Source of the DNA: an uncultured Bacilli bacterium
GTDB lineage: Bacteria > Bacillota_I > Bacilli_A > RF39 > UBA660
Assembly: GCA_934101225.1 (NCBI GenBank)
Contig: CAKOQK010000001.1
Coordinates: forward strand, 978 to 64,977
Direction of reading: 5' to 3'
Length of the DNA stretch: 64,000 nucleotides
The position numbers and the translations under genes were made by a program. The notes beneath the pieces are model-generated. The model ran no database searches. It was not told where the DNA came from and saw nothing but the letters and a program-made list of their open reading frames with translations. Shown piece by piece: positions 9,158-19,190 of this stretch (within the stretch, counting starts at the first letter, position 1; each line of letters begins with the position of its first letter).

Positions 9158-9727
9158 TTATTCATTTACTGCACTAAATCTAATTTTAGTTTCAAACTTC
9201 TTATTATTTTTATTATTATTACTATAATAGTAAATTATATATGTATGAACACTACTTTCAGTACCAGTACTAAAAAAACCTTCACCTAAATCTATTGTGC
9301 TAACACCTTTTAAATTATTTAAATAATATTTAGTTTTAGCATCTGCTTTTTCCGTAATTTTACCATTTCCATCGGTTTTACCACCAAGAATAAAATATAT
9401 TTCGTTATCAGCATATTGATTATAATTAACATCAAGTAATAATTTATAAGGCAAAATATCCACATCACTATTATTTGTTCCCGTAATTGAAAATGTTTTT
9501 GAACCAGCCATATTGCCTGACATTTCGTAATCACTTGATTTAAATACAGCACTATTGCCTTGATATGTAACTACCATTTTGCCATTTGCTACATTAATAA
9601 CATCCATATCTATACTTCCTGATAAATTATCAGTCATATATGCAAAACTTGTTCCAATAGTTACAACTACAATTATAGCAACTATCATTACCCCTAATAA
9701 AGTTTTATTTGTTTTTGTCATATTCAT
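9158..9727 (-). CDS. Secreted beta-rich protein with a SipW/TasA-type signal peptide (paralog family member 1)
   Basis: 189 aa. The N-terminus is KTNKTLLGVMIVAIIVVVTIGTSFAYMTDN, the pattern of SipW-cognate signal peptides in TasA/camelysin-like proteins. It shares blocks NGKMVVTY and FSITGTNNSD..PYKLLL with three other ORFs. Confidence 0.55.
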   Translation of the reverse strand: MNMTKTNKTLLGVMIVAIIVVVTIGTSFAYMTDNLSGSIDMDVINVANGKMVVTYQGNSAVFKSSDYEMSGNMAGSKTFSITGTNNSDVDILPYKLLLDVNYNQYADNEIYFILGGKTDGNGKITEKADAKTKYYLNNLKGVSTIDLGEGFFSTGTESSVHTYIIYYYSNNNKNNKKFETKIRFSAVNE

Positions 9728-9736
9728 TCTCCTTTA

Positions 9737-10330
9737 TTAAATAATTAAACCTAAATAAGCTTTAAAATTACAATTTACATTTTGCTCTTTATTCGTTTCA
9801 ATAAAAAACATATATAACGTGTATTCATGATTTATTTGATCACCACTTTTGGTAAAATATCCAGTACCTAAGTTAATTGTCAAATTAGTTCCCTTATTTA
9901 TTTTACTAATACTATTTGATGAAAATGCAGTTTTAGCATTAGTAACTAGTGAACCATTATTATTATTTTTACCTACCAATATATAACCTATATCATTATT
10001 GTCAAATTCGTTAGTTTTCACAACTAAATTTAATTTATATTCCATTTTTAAATCTGTTGTATTTGTTCCACTTATCACAAAACTCTTATTTAAAATAGCA
10101 TCATTTACTGAAGTAGTTGGTCCAGGTATAACATTACTAAACACTATATTTGGATTTTTATCAGTAAAATTTATAATCATTTTACCACTAGTCAAATCAA
10201 TATTAGAAGTTGAGTTTCCATTTATAAACATTGGTGAAAAATATGAATAAGTTATACCAAAAGTAACAAGAACCATTAGTGCAACTAAACTTATACAAAT
10301 CATTATAAAATTAGATTTACTCACAAGCAT
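9737..10330 (-). CDS. Secreted beta-rich protein with a SipW/TasA-type signal peptide (paralog family member 2)
   Basis: The likely start is the ATG at 10330, preceded by GAAGGTGA; the track start at 10375 is over-extended. N-terminus is MLVSKSNFIMICISLVALMVLVTFGITYSYFSP. Shared blocks are SGKMIINF and FVISGTNTTD..EYKLNL. Confidence 0.55.
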   Translation of the reverse strand: MLVSKSNFIMICISLVALMVLVTFGITYSYFSPMFINGNSTSNIDLTSGKMIINFTDKNPNIVFSNVIPGPTTSVNDAILNKSFVISGTNTTDLKMEYKLNLVVKTNEFDNNDIGYILVGKNNNNGSLVTNAKTAFSSNSISKINKGTNLTINLGTGYFTKSGDQINHEYTLYMFFIETNKEQNVNCNFKAYLGLII

Positions 10331-10385
10331 ATCACCTTCTATATTAATATTACTAAAAATTAAATTAAACTTCAATTAATTTTTA

Positions 10386-12632
10386 TTATTCATTAAAGAA
10401 ATCATCAAAATATTCATCATCATTATCGTTACCAACAACAACACTATCTTTATCAACTACTACTTTTGGTTCTTCTTTAGTATTACTATTATTATCCTTT
10501 TTAAAGAAATCATCAAATTTTTCTACCATTGTAGTATCTAACTTATCATAATCTGTAAGTTTATTATTTTCCAAATTATTTTGTTTAGCTTTTTCTTCTT
10601 GTTCTTCTTTTTCAAGTTCAGCTATTTTAGCATCAATCTTTTTAACTAAACTATCAATATCCATACCACCATCAAACATACCTGAATTATTATCTGGTTT
10701 TCTCATTTGATTTTGTAATTCATTTAAATCTAAGACATCAGTCTTATCTAAATTTGGATTTACTGATTTATTCGAACCAAAAGGACTATTAAACCCTCCA
10801 AAAGGATTATTATTATTTGGTTTATTTAATCCTTCAAATATATTTCCTAAAGGAGTACCAGAGTTAAACCCATTTTGATTCGGCATTCCACTCATATTTT
10901 CCATATTACCAAATAACTTTTTCTTTTTTTCTTCTCTTATAAATTCTCTAAAATCAAAAATCGATACTTCTCTTGATGTTCTTTCAATAAATTTAGATTC
11001 TTCATCACTATGTCCCCAATTAATTTGATAACTAGGTGTTAATTTAGTTTTAAATGGATTCATTCTTTGTCTTAAAATAACAACTTGGAATTTTTTTAAT
11101 TTTTGTAAATCACTTGAAGTTAATAATGGACGAGAAGCTGTTTTTTCTTTCTCTTTAGATTTTGCCTCTCCACACAATTTACTTATTTCTTCCAAGTCAG
11201 CTAAGTCACTACTATTAATAAAGATTTTATTACCACAGTTACCCTTAATAGTATCTGCTTGCTCTTTACCATATACATCATTTAACTGAGAAAATCCTTG
11301 AATAATAAATGTAAATCTTATATTTCTTGAACGGGCTGCAGAAACCATAGCAGTTACATCTTTTAGTGGTGGCATATTAGCAAACTCATCTAAAATAAAA
11401 TTTGTTCTAATTGGAAGCTTTCCTTTTGGAGATTTATGAGCAACATCTACTAAAACTTCATAAGCTTGTTTTAAGAAAATAGTTGCAAGTGGATGATATG
11501 TTGTTTTTTCATCATGAATTACAACAAATAACGCTGTTTTTTCTAGTCCAATACTACGCATATCAAAATCACTATAAGAAAGCATTTCACTTAAATTCTT
11601 TTGAGTTGTAAATTTTTCCATCTTTTCACTAAATACTGATAAAACACTAGTTCTTGTTTCAGTTGGACCCGTAATTGTTGACTTAGCAAAGTTATAAGCA
11701 GTTGAGTCTTTACCTTTTAAATCAAAGTAAGCAGTAGCATAATTACTAGGAGCAAAACTTTCCTCTCCAACAGCTGCCATATAGTTAATTGAATTTATAT
11801 TAATATATTTTTCTTCAGCATCTTGAAATAATCCAAGAGCAAGTCCATTAAAATATCCCATACTAGCATTTCCCCAGAAAGGATCACTTGCTTTTGGATC
11901 ATTAACCATATTAAATGATACGTCTTTTAAAAGTTCAATTGCTTTATCTTCATTACCTTGTTTATATAAGTCATATGGAATTGCTAAAGGATTCCAAGCA
12001 TTTCCCATTTGAGGATCTCTAAAATTTAGAGTAATAATATTATAACCTTTACTTCTTAAAAAGTTAGCATGATCTCTATAAAGTTCACCCTTTGGATCAG
12101 TTATAATCATTGATTCACCCTTACGTCCTAAACTTTCGATCATAGGCTCAACAACACACTGACTCTTACCATTACCAGTAGAACCAATAACTAAACTATG
12201 AAAAGAACCATCATCAACCCACATATCTTTTCCATCATTTACAAGTGGTACCCCTGCCCCATCAGCTTCTAAATTACTAATTACTACTTTTTTTACATCA
12301 TCAGCATTTTTCATTTCTTTCTCAGTAGCAAATCTAGTATATCCTTTTTCATCTTCTTTATCACCAATTTTAAGCCCTATACCAGAACCTTTTTCATGTT
12401 CAAAAATATATGAAGAAACACTAAAAAATATCGCAATTAATACTGCAAAAAATACTAATAGTGTTGGCAACAAATATGGGGGAAAAAAACCTGCAAAAAA
12501 ATTTACACCATATAATTTACCTTCATTAAGTAAAGATGATAAATTAAGTACTGCTAGTGAACATAAAATGAGTAAAAATATGCTATAAATAATAAACATT
12601 AATAAATCTTTTGATGATACTCTAAACTTCAC
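10386..12632 (-). CDS. Type IV coupling protein (VirD4/TraG family ATPase)
   Basis: 748 aa with two N-terminal TM helices. Walker A is IGSTGNGKSQ, Walker B is FILDEFANMPPL, and ARSRNIRFTFIIQGFSQL is also present. It has a long low-complexity acidic/Asn-rich tail. Confidence 0.85.
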   Translation of the reverse strand: MKFRVSSKDLLMFIIYSIFLLILCSLAVLNLSSLLNEGKLYGVNFFAGFFPPYLLPTLLVFFAVLIAIFFSVSSYIFEHEKGSGIGLKIGDKEDEKGYTRFATEKEMKNADDVKKVVISNLEADGAGVPLVNDGKDMWVDDGSFHSLVIGSTGNGKSQCVVEPMIESLGRKGESMIITDPKGELYRDHANFLRSKGYNIITLNFRDPQMGNAWNPLAIPYDLYKQGNEDKAIELLKDVSFNMVNDPKASDPFWGNASMGYFNGLALGLFQDAEEKYININSINYMAAVGEESFAPSNYATAYFDLKGKDSTAYNFAKSTITGPTETRTSVLSVFSEKMEKFTTQKNLSEMLSYSDFDMRSIGLEKTALFVVIHDEKTTYHPLATIFLKQAYEVLVDVAHKSPKGKLPIRTNFILDEFANMPPLKDVTAMVSAARSRNIRFTFIIQGFSQLNDVYGKEQADTIKGNCGNKIFINSSDLADLEEISKLCGEAKSKEKEKTASRPLLTSSDLQKLKKFQVVILRQRMNPFKTKLTPSYQINWGHSDEESKFIERTSREVSIFDFREFIREEKKKKLFGNMENMSGMPNQNGFNSGTPLGNIFEGLNKPNNNNPFGGFNSPFGSNKSVNPNLDKTDVLDLNELQNQMRKPDNNSGMFDGGMDIDSLVKKIDAKIAELEKEEQEEKAKQNNLENNKLTDYDKLDTTMVEKFDDFFKKDNNSNTKEEPKVVVDKDSVVVGNDNDDEYFDDFFNE

Positions 12633-12682
12633 ATTAACTCCCTCTCTTCTTCTTTAAATTATACACCATAATTATTTTTAAT

Positions 12683-13825
12683 TCAATTATTACAATTACT
12701 TGAATAATACAAATTCATATTGTAAACATCATATGTATCAAAAGCATTAGATGAAAATTTTTTATAAGCTAATCCACCGCCATTTACATAAGCAGCTGTT
12801 ACTGAAGAACCAGTATTTTGAAGTACCATATATATCTTAGAACCATATATAATTATATCTCCTGGATTACTATATTCAATATCAATTTTTTCACCAAGAT
12901 TTTTATAATCACTTATCTTATTAGCAACTTTTTTTACATTGCCAGCATTTAATGCCCAATTAATTAATGTTTCATCATAAAATCCATGAATGCCACCACT
13001 AGAATCTTTTCCCCAATCTGGATTAACAATTAAACTATCATCATTTGTTCCACCGTAAGGAATTCTAAAATTATAACCATTTAATTCATCAATTAAAGTC
13101 ACCACTTTACTAGCAATTCCAGTTCCTGTACAATTTTCACCAGAACTATTAATTTTTTCCGTTAAACTATTAATTCCATCTTCTCCAATTATTGTTACTA
13201 AACTATTATTTATTGTAGTAATAGTATCATCATGAGAATAATCAACACCACTATCTACAGAATCGCTAGAGCCAAAATTCCAATTTAAAATATTTAAAAA
13301 ATTGCTCATAGCAGAATCTAGGAAAAGAATAATAAAAATAAAAATAAATAATATAAATACTACCCCACCAATACCTAAATAAATTTTTATTTTTAATAAA
13401 TTTAATTTTCCTTTACCATTTCCCAAAAAACTTATTAAATTTTTACTATTTGATTTCCCATTATTAAGAAAACCACTTAAAATATTCTTAGTTTTATTAT
13501 TACTTTTTTCATTATTTTTTTGAATAATACTTTGATTTTTATCATCTAATGATGAAGGATTACTTTTTTGTTCATCATTTTGTTGATTATTATAGTTATT
13601 TGTATTAACATTAGGAATTACTTTTTTACTTAGATAATTATTTTTTAATTTATTCATAGAACCATTATTTTTTTGAATTTGTTTAGTCAAATCAATTTTT
13701 TTTCTATAATAACTTTGATAGTTTGGTACATTTTTTCTTAAAGTTGTTTTTTGGGCATTAGTGTTAGTAACAATACTATCATCTAATTCTTCAACATTAT
13801 CTAAAAGTTCATAGTCATCATTCAT
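12683..13825 (-). CDS. Membrane-anchored protein with an NlpC/P60-like C-terminal domain (catalytic residues apparently not conserved)
   Basis: 380 aa with a disordered Asn/Lys-rich N-terminus and one TM. The C-terminus reads RIPYGGTND...GIHGFYDETLINWAL...NPGDIIIYGSKIYMVL. This follows the YxxGG...GxDCSG...GDxxF...H layout, but with no Cys or His at the expected places. Confidence 0.4.
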   Translation of the reverse strand: MNDDYELLDNVEELDDSIVTNTNAQKTTLRKNVPNYQSYYRKKIDLTKQIQKNNGSMNKLKNNYLSKKVIPNVNTNNYNNQQNDEQKSNPSSLDDKNQSIIQKNNEKSNNKTKNILSGFLNNGKSNSKNLISFLGNGKGKLNLLKIKIYLGIGGVVFILFIFIFIILFLDSAMSNFLNILNWNFGSSDSVDSGVDYSHDDTITTINNSLVTIIGEDGINSLTEKINSSGENCTGTGIASKVVTLIDELNGYNFRIPYGGTNDDSLIVNPDWGKDSSGGIHGFYDETLINWALNAGNVKKVANKISDYKNLGEKIDIEYSNPGDIIIYGSKIYMVLQNTGSSVTAAYVNGGGLAYKKFSSNAFDTYDVYNMNLYYSSNCNN

Positions 13826-13839
13826 GTATTAAACTCCTT

Positions 13840-14310
13840 CTAATTAATTCTTATTAAATAATTATTAATACTATTTTCTATAAAAACAAATTTATTTTCA
13901 TCTTCATCTATTACATAAATTGCTCTTTTTCCATCAATCACGCCTGATGAATAACTTTTGACCCTGGCATTTAAAAATTTAATTGTTTTAATTCTTGATA
14001 CCATGTGATTAAATTCTTCATAAGTTAAATATTTTTCTTTAGTTGTCTCATCTAATTTATTATATATATCTTGTGGATTGTATATAATATTTGATACTGT
14101 ATCTGCTAAATACTTATTTGCAACTTCTTCAATAGAAACATAAATTCTTTGAACTTCATTAACTTTATAATCATGAAAATATTCATTGAATTCATTATAT
14201 GTATTACTTTTATTTTTGACTTTTTTATACAATAAACCAAATAGCAATGTTCCAATAATAACTATTATACTAATTATTATGACAAAACTATTATTGTTTT
14301 TATTTTCCAT
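13840..14310 (-). CDS. Small bitopic membrane protein (possible VirB8/TcpC-like component)
   Basis: 156 aa: an N-terminal TM plus a ~120 aa domain. It is a paralog of the next gene, sharing IEEVANKYL / IENCANKYF and LDE..K blocks. The functional guess rests on position and topology only. Confidence 0.3.
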   Translation of the reverse strand: MENKNNNSFVIIISIIVIIGTLLFGLLYKKVKNKSNTYNEFNEYFHDYKVNEVQRIYVSIEEVANKYLADTVSNIIYNPQDIYNKLDETTKEKYLTYEEFNHMVSRIKTIKFLNARVKSYSSGVIDGKRAIYVIDEDENKFVFIENSINNYLIRIN

Positions 14311-14782
14311 TTATTACTCCATCATATATATTTTTATCAATAGGTGTAATTGTAAATAATTTAGAATCATGACTTAATTTAATTAATAAATAATTCTCAT
14401 CTAATTTATTTAATCCATTTTTTAATTCTTCATATATAATTCCTTTTAAATAATAATTATTTTCAAAGTTATACATCTCATTTATTTTAATACTAATATT
14501 TTTATTTAAGTATATATTATTAATTTGATTACTACTTTTATAGTCTTCATCTAATAGTTTATTTATATTATCTATATCATTTACTGAAAGATAATTAAAA
14601 TATTTATTAGCACAATTCTCTATAGTATAAAAATCATTATAATCTATTACTAAGGAATAAATTTCTTTATTTTCTATAGAATTATTTACCTTTTCATTTT
14701 CCTGTTTAGTAAGTATCAATATTAGAATAAATAAGCAAACTATAAAAATGATTAACAATACAAAATTATATTTATTTTTCAT
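14300..14782 (-). CDS. Small bitopic membrane protein (possible VirB8/TcpC-like component), paralog of 13840..14310
   Basis: 160 aa with an N-terminal TM. It overlaps the downstream paralog by 11 nt. Confidence 0.3.
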   Translation of the reverse strand: MKNKYNFVLLIIFIVCLFILILILTKQENEKVNNSIENKEIYSLVIDYNDFYTIENCANKYFNYLSVNDIDNINKLLDEDYKSSNQINNIYLNKNISIKINEMYNFENNYYLKGIIYEELKNGLNKLDENYLLIKLSHDSKLFTITPIDKNIYDGVINGK

Positions 14783-14791
14783 ATTACACCT

Positions 14792-16828
14792 CTACTTACA
14801 TCCACTTGCAACATATGTATAATATGCATTTGCATTATTTGCTCTTGTAGTATCACATTGAGTATGATTACTTGGATTTTCAAAACTATGGCAAAAAGTT
14901 GCTCCAATACTACTTGCACTTTCATTACCTGACATTATTGAATTATATAAGCTACTATAACCTGTTTGCAATTCTTGAAATAAAAAACTAACTTGATTTC
15001 CCATGTCTCCAATAGAAACACTATTTGATTTTGCCCTACCAAGCAAACCTTGCTTTCTAGTCTTAAATGTCCACTGGCATATTCCATATCCTGCGGAATC
15101 ATTAATGAAATTATTATAAGAACCATTATCAACTGCTGTGGTATAACTTTCATCTGTGTATCCAAGCATTGACTCATAATCATTTTGTAAATTTATTGGA
15201 TTAAATCCACTTTCAGCAGCAATATTAGTCATTATTCCAGCAATTCCATTATCTGATGCACCGCTTTCCTTTAAGGTTAAACAAATAGTTTGTTGATTAC
15301 TACCTCCCAAAACAGTTCCTACACTATTTGTTTTTGGTCTTGGATTTTGCATACTTATATAAGTATTTGGGTTCACCCTTGCACCACTAGAAACTTTTAA
15401 TTCAAAATGAAGTGCTTTTTCACTAGTATCACCGGTATTTCCCATTATTCCTATTATCTCTCCTTGAGATACACTTTGTCCCTCCGCAACCGATACACTT
15501 TCTAAATAACTATAAATGCTTGAAGTACCATCAGAATGAGATATCACAACCATATTACCATAACCAGAATTACAAGTTCGATCACCAGGTGAACATGTAT
15601 TAACTATTTTAGATATTATTCCAGTTTTAATAGCAATAATATTAACATTATCTTCAAATGAGCCAATGTCTATTCCTTCATTTGAGCCAGGATTATAATC
15701 CTTTAAAATATAAGAACTAACTGGATCACCTTTTGCAAAATATTTATCATTTTCATTTGTTACTTCAGCACTACCAATCGGATAGTAATACATATTATTA
15801 ATACTACTAAAGTAAGACACAGTTTCCGGATGTTCATTATAAAATAAATCAAGACATTCTTTAATTTCTAATATAATTTCTTTTCTTTCAGCAATTATTT
15901 TTTCATGATATTCATTATATAAATTTTCATCATATTCCATCGCATTTTCCAAATCAATAATAGTTTCATAATCAGTTTTTTCAATAATATGATCAAATCT
16001 ATCTTGAAAATGTGGTTTATTATCAAAATACTGACTGTCTTCTAAAAATTGCCAATATGCTTCCTCACTAACTGTTTTTTTACTTGCAACTGTATATATA
16101 CCACCTTGATCTAAACATTCTTGATGTTTTTTACTTCTTGTTATTCCAAAAAAATTTGTTAGACCAGAATTTACTAATAATTGTTCTCCAAAGTTAACCA
16201 TATTAGTTGAAATCACTACATTACAGGTAAAACTACCATCATCATTTTTAGTTAAAGAGCCTTGATTACAATAAGGCGTGCTAGTTCCATCTTTAGTCTC
16301 ATATGAGGGACTTGAAGTAGTAGAACACGTAGCTTCATATCCAACCATGGCTTTTATTAATAATTTAATAGAATTAGATTCTTTTGTAAGAGTCGTTGCA
16401 TCACTCTTATCATCTACATCAATATCATCATCCTCATTGTCAAAATCAAATGATATTTTACTAAACCAATTTTTATAAAATCTATTATCATCTCTAAAAG
16501 CATCAGGATTAAGCCCATAATATAACGTACTAACAATTATTTCATCTTTTATATATAATCCACTTCTTTCGTATTTAGTAAGCATTTTATATAATTTATT
16601 AAAAAATTTCTTTTGTGATTTTAATACTTGTTCAGTACATTTATCACTATCCTCATCATTTTCACAGGTGCTAGACCAATAATCCTGATATTGTTCTTTA
16701 AAATCTTCCCATTTAAAGGTAGCATAATTATATCCATCAGCCTCACCTTTTTGACTAAACATCAAAAAAAGTGATATGCATAATATCATTTTCAATAAAA
16801 ATTTAAAATGTTTATTTATCACTTTCAT
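14792..16828 (-). CDS. Secreted cell-wall hydrolase: LytM/M23-like domain plus C-terminal phage-tail-lysozyme-like domain
   Basis: 678 aa with a signal peptide. The M23-like block is NEGIDIG...GYGNMVVISH...GNTGDTSEKALHFEL. The C-terminal block is GIAGIMTNIAAESGFNP...GYGICQWT...QVSFLFQEL, typical of Phage_lysozyme2-type muramidases. Confidence 0.7.
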   Translation of the reverse strand: MKVINKHFKFLLKMILCISLFLMFSQKGEADGYNYATFKWEDFKEQYQDYWSSTCENDEDSDKCTEQVLKSQKKFFNKLYKMLTKYERSGLYIKDEIIVSTLYYGLNPDAFRDDNRFYKNWFSKISFDFDNEDDDIDVDDKSDATTLTKESNSIKLLIKAMVGYEATCSTTSSPSYETKDGTSTPYCNQGSLTKNDDGSFTCNVVISTNMVNFGEQLLVNSGLTNFFGITRSKKHQECLDQGGIYTVASKKTVSEEAYWQFLEDSQYFDNKPHFQDRFDHIIEKTDYETIIDLENAMEYDENLYNEYHEKIIAERKEIILEIKECLDLFYNEHPETVSYFSSINNMYYYPIGSAEVTNENDKYFAKGDPVSSYILKDYNPGSNEGIDIGSFEDNVNIIAIKTGIISKIVNTCSPGDRTCNSGYGNMVVISHSDGTSSIYSYLESVSVAEGQSVSQGEIIGIMGNTGDTSEKALHFELKVSSGARVNPNTYISMQNPRPKTNSVGTVLGGSNQQTICLTLKESGASDNGIAGIMTNIAAESGFNPINLQNDYESMLGYTDESYTTAVDNGSYNNFINDSAGYGICQWTFKTRKQGLLGRAKSNSVSIGDMGNQVSFLFQELQTGYSSLYNSIMSGNESASSIGATFCHSFENPSNHTQCDTTRANNANAYYTYVASGCK

Positions 16829-16849
16829 TAAATTTTACACCTTCTTTAA

Positions 16850-18643
16850 TTATAGTCCTCCACCAGAACCAAATGAATCTAATTCCTCCTGAGTAAGGAT
16901 TACATTAATACGCATTCTTCTATTACCACAAACAAATAATGCTTCACCTTGACTATAAGTTTTTATACTTTCCTTTTCATTATCATTTAAATCAATTAAT
17001 TTGGCTAAATCTTCAACTGCTTGCTTACGCAATCCCATTACCAAATAGTAAGATGCATTATCAAATATAGCTTTACCATGAACAAACACTTTAGGATCAG
17101 CAAAATCAGTTGGCTGTTGGGTAATAATTATTGTACCTGTATTATATTTACGGCTTCTTCTTTGAACTTGAGCTAAGAATTCAGCACCAAGTTCATTTCC
17201 AGCGCCTAGTAAAACATGCGCTTCATCTACATACATAACCGTATTAGTAGATTTATCAAGACATAATCCCCATGCATATTTTAAAATATTAAAAAACAAA
17301 GCATTTCTAATATTAGCATCACTATTCATAAGTTCCTTAATATTAAATACAATAAAATTACTATCAGTTTGCAAAGATGTGTGACCATTAAAATAATATC
17401 TTAATTCACCTATAAAAGGTCTAATTCTAAGTTCAAGTCTTTCCATAACATCTTTTTCTCTAGTTGCTTCTGGCATTGATAATAGTTTTCCCTTAATTGT
17501 TGAATAAACATCATCAAAAGTTGGATAATCAGATGATTTAAAATTACTAAAATCAGTATTAAAGTCAATATTAAATCTCTTATACGTTTCTTGACATACT
17601 TCACTAAACATTTGCAAAACATCATCTTCAATAGAGGGATAATAATATTTTAAAAATGCCTTAATTGATTGCAAAGTTCTAGTTAAAACAGAATATCCTG
17701 CTCCATCCTTTAATTCATCTTCATCAGCATCCATTATTACTTCAAGTGGATTAATAAGACCATAAGCTCCACCTTTACCTAAATCGATAAAGTTTCCTCC
17801 AAAGTTTTTAGTCATTTCCTCTAATTCGCCTTCTGGATCAATTGCAATTATTTTGCAATTATTCCTAATATGAGTTCTAAGTAAAAGTTTAGCAGATGTA
17901 CTCTTACCACTTCCCGATGTTCCTAGTATAATTATGTTGGCATTATTACGATTATATTCTTTCTTCAATTGATATAAAAATTGATTAAATAAAACAACAC
18001 CACCAGAGAAATCTACACCAAGTAATGTGCTAGATCCAGGATCCTTTATACTATCAAACACAAATGGATACATAGCAGCAATTGTCGGACTCGGAATAGG
18101 AATACCGACTCTATCTTCAATATCTTGTTTAGGAAATATTGGCAACATTGATTTAAGAACCTTTTCTTGTTCAAACATCATAGGAATTCCCCTCATGCCC
18201 ATACTATCTAAATAATTTCTAACTTGCATCTTTTTATTTTCAAGCTCATCTTTAGTATCAGCAGTTATCATAATATGCATTTGAAAATCAAATATTTTAG
18301 CCTGAGTTGCAGCAAGCATTTGCGTAAATGCTTCTAGCGATTCATAATCTTGTCTTATTCTTTCTTGCAAAGTTCTATCATGTTCTTTTTGATATCTATC
18401 CTTTAAATCAACTAATTCTTTATTAAGCATTTTAGTCATTGATGAAAATGGTATAGGTATATGTTTAACAACAATTTTTATTCCTGGAATACTTGTAATA
18501 TTTGATAAATATCCAGGCATTATTGTTTTAGGATAACTAATTACCGTTAAAATAGTTGCATATTTATCACTAATATAAAAATCATTAATATTAAATTTCA
18601 TCCCCTTAGGAGCAATTTCACTTTTTAAATTAGCTCTACTCAT
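16850..18643 (-). CDS. VirB4-family T4SS ATPase, central and C-terminal part
   Basis: 597 aa. Walker A is LGTSGSGKST, Walker B is VMYVDEAHVLL, and RRSRKYNTGTIIITQQP is present. Confidence 0.85.
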   Translation of the reverse strand: MSRANLKSEIAPKGMKFNINDFYISDKYATILTVISYPKTIMPGYLSNITSIPGIKIVVKHIPIPFSSMTKMLNKELVDLKDRYQKEHDRTLQERIRQDYESLEAFTQMLAATQAKIFDFQMHIMITADTKDELENKKMQVRNYLDSMGMRGIPMMFEQEKVLKSMLPIFPKQDIEDRVGIPIPSPTIAAMYPFVFDSIKDPGSSTLLGVDFSGGVVLFNQFLYQLKKEYNRNNANIIILGTSGSGKSTSAKLLLRTHIRNNCKIIAIDPEGELEEMTKNFGGNFIDLGKGGAYGLINPLEVIMDADEDELKDGAGYSVLTRTLQSIKAFLKYYYPSIEDDVLQMFSEVCQETYKRFNIDFNTDFSNFKSSDYPTFDDVYSTIKGKLLSMPEATREKDVMERLELRIRPFIGELRYYFNGHTSLQTDSNFIVFNIKELMNSDANIRNALFFNILKYAWGLCLDKSTNTVMYVDEAHVLLGAGNELGAEFLAQVQRRSRKYNTGTIIITQQPTDFADPKVFVHGKAIFDNASYYLVMGLRKQAVEDLAKLIDLNDNEKESIKTYSQGEALFVCGNRRMRINVILTQEELDSFGSGGGL

Positions 18644-19190
18644 TAGTTATCACCGTCCCAAATTCATTCTTTAATCCACCATTTAAAAAATTTTGTAACA
18701 AAAATTTCAAATCTTCATCACTAGTTTTACTTGATATCAAGCCACTACTAGCAAGACCAGTAATTAGCTGTTGTACATGTTTATTTATTTTCTCTAAATC
18801 TTTATCTCTAAATAAAATATAATATTCAGTATCAACGACATTATATTGATTACTAGAAAACATTTCCGCTTTTTCAATATCTTCACTAATTAATTTTCTT
18901 ACTGCTTGATTACTAGCATTATCAAAATCAAGTTGTAATTGTGATAAATACATTTTAATATCTACTGGTCTATCAGCAACCATAAGCCAAAATTCATAAT
19001 CAATAGTACTATAAAAATTTCTTAAACTCATTATAATATTATTTTGGCTTTGATAATCTAAAATAAAGATATTTTTTGGTTCTACTTTGATTCCTGTAAC
19101 CATCCATCCATTATCTAAATTAATTATTCCATTACTAATTGACTTAACAGGAAGCCAATCTTCAGAATATTTATTTTGTGTCTTCGTCAT
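18636..19190 (-). CDS. VirB4 N-terminal-domain-like protein (separate ORF)
   Basis: 184 aa. WLPVKSISNGIINLDNGWMVTGIKVEPKNIFIL... resembles the N-terminus of Gram-positive VirB4 homologues. It overlaps the ATPase ORF by 8 nt (AATGAGTAG). Confidence 0.55.
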   Translation of the reverse strand: MTKTQNKYSEDWLPVKSISNGIINLDNGWMVTGIKVEPKNIFILDYQSQNNIIMSLRNFYSTIDYEFWLMVADRPVDIKMYLSQLQLDFDNASNQAVRKLISEDIEKAEMFSSNQYNVVDTEYYILFRDKDLEKINKHVQQLITGLASSGLISSKTSDEDLKFLLQNFLNGGLKNEFGTVITNE

